Below are positions 20,126-23,388 of a stretch of DNA of 23,388 bases, one piece after another (positions within the stretch are counted from its first letter, which is position 1; every line of letters begins with the position of its first letter). The stretch lies in assembly GCF_006345805.1 (NCBI RefSeq), contig NW_021836690.1:1-23388 (forward strand), in the 5' to 3' direction. The stretch is from Octopus sinensis. Taxonomy: Eukaryota. The position numbers and the translations under genes are program-made. The notes below the pieces were generated by a model. The model had not been told where the DNA came from. It worked only from the letters and a program-made list of their open reading frames with translations, and ran no database searches.

Positions 20126-20919
20126 AGACAAGTATTAGCATTACCTAATAAATCCTTTTTCACACCATTCAAGACGCGTGCTAGTGGCTGCTGAACGTAT
20201 TGGAAATAGTAGACAAGTGACAAATTTTGTTCCAACTGATGCTATTGTTTCGAAGCAATAAGATATGATATCAGCATTATCTACTCCTGCGTTGCGCATG
20301 TGTTTCGTGTACTTCACTGTCTATAATTGCGCAAACACGTCATGTTTTTTGATACATACTGTTAAAGATAATAGACAGTACATAAAACACATACGACCAA
20401 CTATTAGATAAATAAATGTAATTGAGACGGTTTCTATAAATCCCCTGTTTTAAGAAAATATAATCTATTGTGAATATGCAGCCAAGAATTCAAGAAAAAA
20501 GGAAGTCCCCAAAAAGAGAGAAGAAGGAAAAAACAGTTCAAAACAGTTCAAAAAAAAACACAGCAAGCACAAGTCTGTTCTGCCTCTAGGTAATCCAGGC
20601 CTCAACTCAAAACTGCAACACAGCAACTGGAACAGAGATTCCACAAAAATTGTTGAAGAAGTTCAACTATTTTTGGAGGCGAGATACGCCCCCAAAACAA
20701 CAATTCTCACGATTACTTGAGACAAACTATTCATCCGACTAGATGTTCACTGTTGGAAAACTTTTGATAATAAATCTGCACGATCAGATTTACCTAAGGA
20801 CAAACAATGACACAACACTTACTCATGTTTAGCGACGGCCTTTGTCGTATTTTCTCTTAGCTGCAAACAAGAAAGTCAGAGCTTCTCCTAGAGAATAAAG
20901 TACTCGTTCCTGCCACTAA

Positions 20920-21156
20920 AGGCGGCGAGATGGGAGAAGCGTTAGCACGCCGGGCGAAATGCTTTGGCGGTATTTCGTCTGCCGTTACGTTGTGAGTTCA
21001 AATTCCGCCGAGGTCGACTTTTGCCTTTCATCCTTTTGGGGTCGATAAATTAAGCACCAGTTACGCACTGGGGTCGATGTAATCGACTTAATACCTATGC
21101 CTGTCCTTGTTTGTCCCCTCTATGTTTAGCCCCTTGTGGGTAATAAAGAAATAAGA
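20920..21156 (+). mobile_element. tRNA-derived SINE, family B, monomer with 13-bp target-site duplication
   Basis: AGGCGGCGAG head to ...GTAATAAAGAAATAAGA. TSD TTCCTGCCACTAA at 20907-20919 and 21157-21169. Confidence 0.92.
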
Positions 21157-21589
21157 TTCCTGCCACTAATATCAGAGATCCTGGGGTAAAAATTTGTTGT
21201 GGACAATTCCCTGACATAGTGGTAAAATAACCTAACATTTATTTAAAGTATAATTCTTTAGCATTGATGCTAAGTGATCATCGTAGCGCAATCATGGTTG
21301 CAAAAACTGATGATTGCCCAAGCTATCCTTATTTGATCTCTTTTCTGCTCTTTGAGGACGGACAGAATTCGGAAAAGTTACATTTTCGATTCCTAATTGT
21401 AGTTGTATTCATCGATATTCCGCCATCTTCCCTTCTTTTATCTAATTACCGAGATCACGGAATCTCCTTATATATTTATTTTCAAATTTTGGCTCAACAC
21501 AAGTAACAAACAGTGGGAAGGTGGTAATTCGATTTAAGCGACTTATACATATTTATCAACTCAAAATGATTAATGGCAAAGACTCACCC

Positions 21590-21839
21590 ACACCCACATA
21601 CACACATATATATATATATATAATATATATATAATATTTATATATATATATATACACATACATATACATACATAAATATATATAAATCTATATATAATAT
21701 ATATATATATAATATATATCCGAGGGGTTCTTTCGGTTTCCGTCTACCAAATTCACACACAGGACATTGGTCAGCCCGAACCTATAGTAGAAGACACTTG
21801 GAGAAGCGAACTTCGTACAACACAGGCACGCCTGCGCCT
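21590..21839 (-). mobile_element. tRNA-derived SINE, family A, partial with internal deletion
   Basis: TTTCCGTCTACCAAATTCAC...TATAGTAGAAGACACTTG...CCTGCGCCT aligns with 2367-2517, preceded by the internal microsatellite. Confidence 0.75.
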
Positions 21840-21850
21840 CACTCTCTCCC

Positions 21851-21885
<35 letters not shown>

Positions 21886-22864
21886 ATGATGTATATATAT
21901 ATATATATTAAATTATATTCTAAGATATTGTTCCAATAATTCAATGATGCATTGGATGCATATTCACAAATAGATTATATTTCTTAAAAACAGGGGATTT
22001 ATAGAAACCCGTCTCAATTACATTTATTTATCTAATAGTGGTCGTATGTGTTTTAATGTACTGTCTATTATCTTAAACAGTATGTGTCAAAATAAACAAT
22101 GACGTGTTTGCGCAATTGTAGAAAGTGAAAGTACACGAAACACAGGCGTAACGCATTTATCTATCACTGGAGTTATTATTATTGATTCATATTGTTTCGT
22201 TGATTTTATTCTTCGACGAATTCTATAGCACAATTCTACAGAAAGTTTCCACATCGGTGAAACGCGATAACATTCACCGTTAACTTAGCGACAGTCATGA
22301 GACACAAATAAGAACAAAAAAAAACGAAAACAGAAAATTGACATCTATTTCGCAATTTCCCGAAACTATGATATGCTACAATACTTTAAATAATGTCATT
22401 TCGAGAATGAAATATATTTAATGGATAAAGCCGGGCTTTTCACTGTTTGTAAGTATTTCTTTTCCATGCTACTTGCTATCCTATTAGTTTAGAGTCATCA
22501 TTCCGGAACCACGAATAATCTCCTTAGAGTAGGCTAGCAATTTTCCAATGCCTGACTGTTAAATTATATTGTCCATTATAAGTGGATTATTGCAGGGAAC
22601 TTGGCAGCATCGTATTTCAGTAGAGACATTTCAACCAAAGCAGTCTCAGTTTTGTGGATGTGATTTGTTTTGATTGTTTTTGGGTTTGTTTTTTTTTTTT
22701 TTTTTTATTCCTATTAAAGAATATATGATAATGTATAATGGAATATTTCTATAAGATAAAAATATTTTGTTGTTTCTTCCATTTTTCACCTGTATATTTT
22801 TGGGATTTTTTGTTTTTGTTTTTTTTTTCAGTTTGTTTTATCTCGATTTGTTTACAAAATTTTA

Positions 22865-22950
22865 TTGCTCTCTCTCTGTCTCTCGCTCTCTCTCTCTCTC
22901 ACCACACACACACACCACACGCAAACACACAGATGCACACACATACCAAA
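22865..22950. repeat. (CT)n(CA)n microsatellite
   Basis: Directly visible. Confidence 0.9.
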
Positions 22951-23388
22951 GCACACGGGCAGACAGACTCTTCTTTGTTCCCTGACCCTTTCACTTTCTT
23001 CATGCTCGATCACTTGTATGTCCACTCATTTTGCCATTGTTAATGATTAACTCAAGAAAGAAATTAAAGACAGAAGGAAACAAAGAAAGAAACAAACAAA
23101 ACAAGTAACGAACGAAAGTGCCAGGTTCTGAATAACCAGATCTTGCAAATGTGCGATTTTTTGCATCAAACTGTGAGGAAAGGCGAATTAGATTGTAGAT
23201 TTTCTTGAAGACAAAAATAAACAAGAAATTGAAATTTGGTTTCATTGGACAAAGGTCCCAAAATTTGGGAATTCTGTGTAGGTTTTGACTTACTTCTTAA
23301 CCACTAAATAGATTAAAAAATTAAATTTGTGTCTCATAGAAAATATATTCAAATCCAAATGAAGTTAAATCGAAGTTCAGCGACGGTA

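Larger units (their letters stand above)
18840..20733. repeat. long inverted repeat A/A' (arms 18840-19083 and 20484-20733)
   Basis: The reverse complement of 20484-20733 aligns along 18840-19083; differences are mostly small indels. Confidence 0.95.
20288..22155. repeat. long inverted repeat B/B' (arms 20288-20485 and 21952-22155)
   Basis: The reverse complement of 20288-20485 aligns along 21952-22155 (TGCATATTCACAA...GTACACGAAACACA); differences are mostly 1-bp homopolymer length changes. Confidence 0.95.

Noticed and set aside
18840-22155. DIRS-like ITR/ICR architecture for the A-B-A'-B' repeats
   Set aside because: The central junction joins the inner ends of the outer segments, whereas a DIRS ICR is complementary to the joined outer termini. 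No tyrosine recombinase or RT motifs are present.

Overview
AT-rich eukaryotic non-coding DNA with no intact protein-coding gene that I can support. The tRNA-derived SINE families and dense (TA)n/(CA)n tracts resemble octopus/coleoid cephalopod genomes; this is inferred from recalled repeat families, not from a search. Contents: a 34-bp minisatellite with an exact 373-bp 11-mer higher-order duplication (732-1759); about ten copies or fragments of three tRNA-derived SINE families, two with clear target-site duplications; a single-ended decayed Chapaev3-type (CMC) DNA transposon (4757-7017, minus); an internally deleted Tc1 element with TIRs (8094-9099); a mariner remnant (13421-14733); a probable non-autonomous Helitron; a Penelope-like RT fragment; and the 5' part of an L1/Tx1-like LINE whose CCHC-knuckle ORF1 is split by 1-bp indels. 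Most interesting: (i) several type I hammerhead-ribozyme-like motifs of different sequence, one nearly canonical (9671-9712) and one inside a 38-bp inverted repeat (13077-13237); (ii) the minisatellite monomer matches a 34-bp segment of a SINE present in this window; (iii) an interleaved A-B-A'-B' inverted-repeat arrangement at 18.8-22.2 kb, which may be a templated inverted insertion or a long-read artefact. I found no convincing novel multi-gene system.
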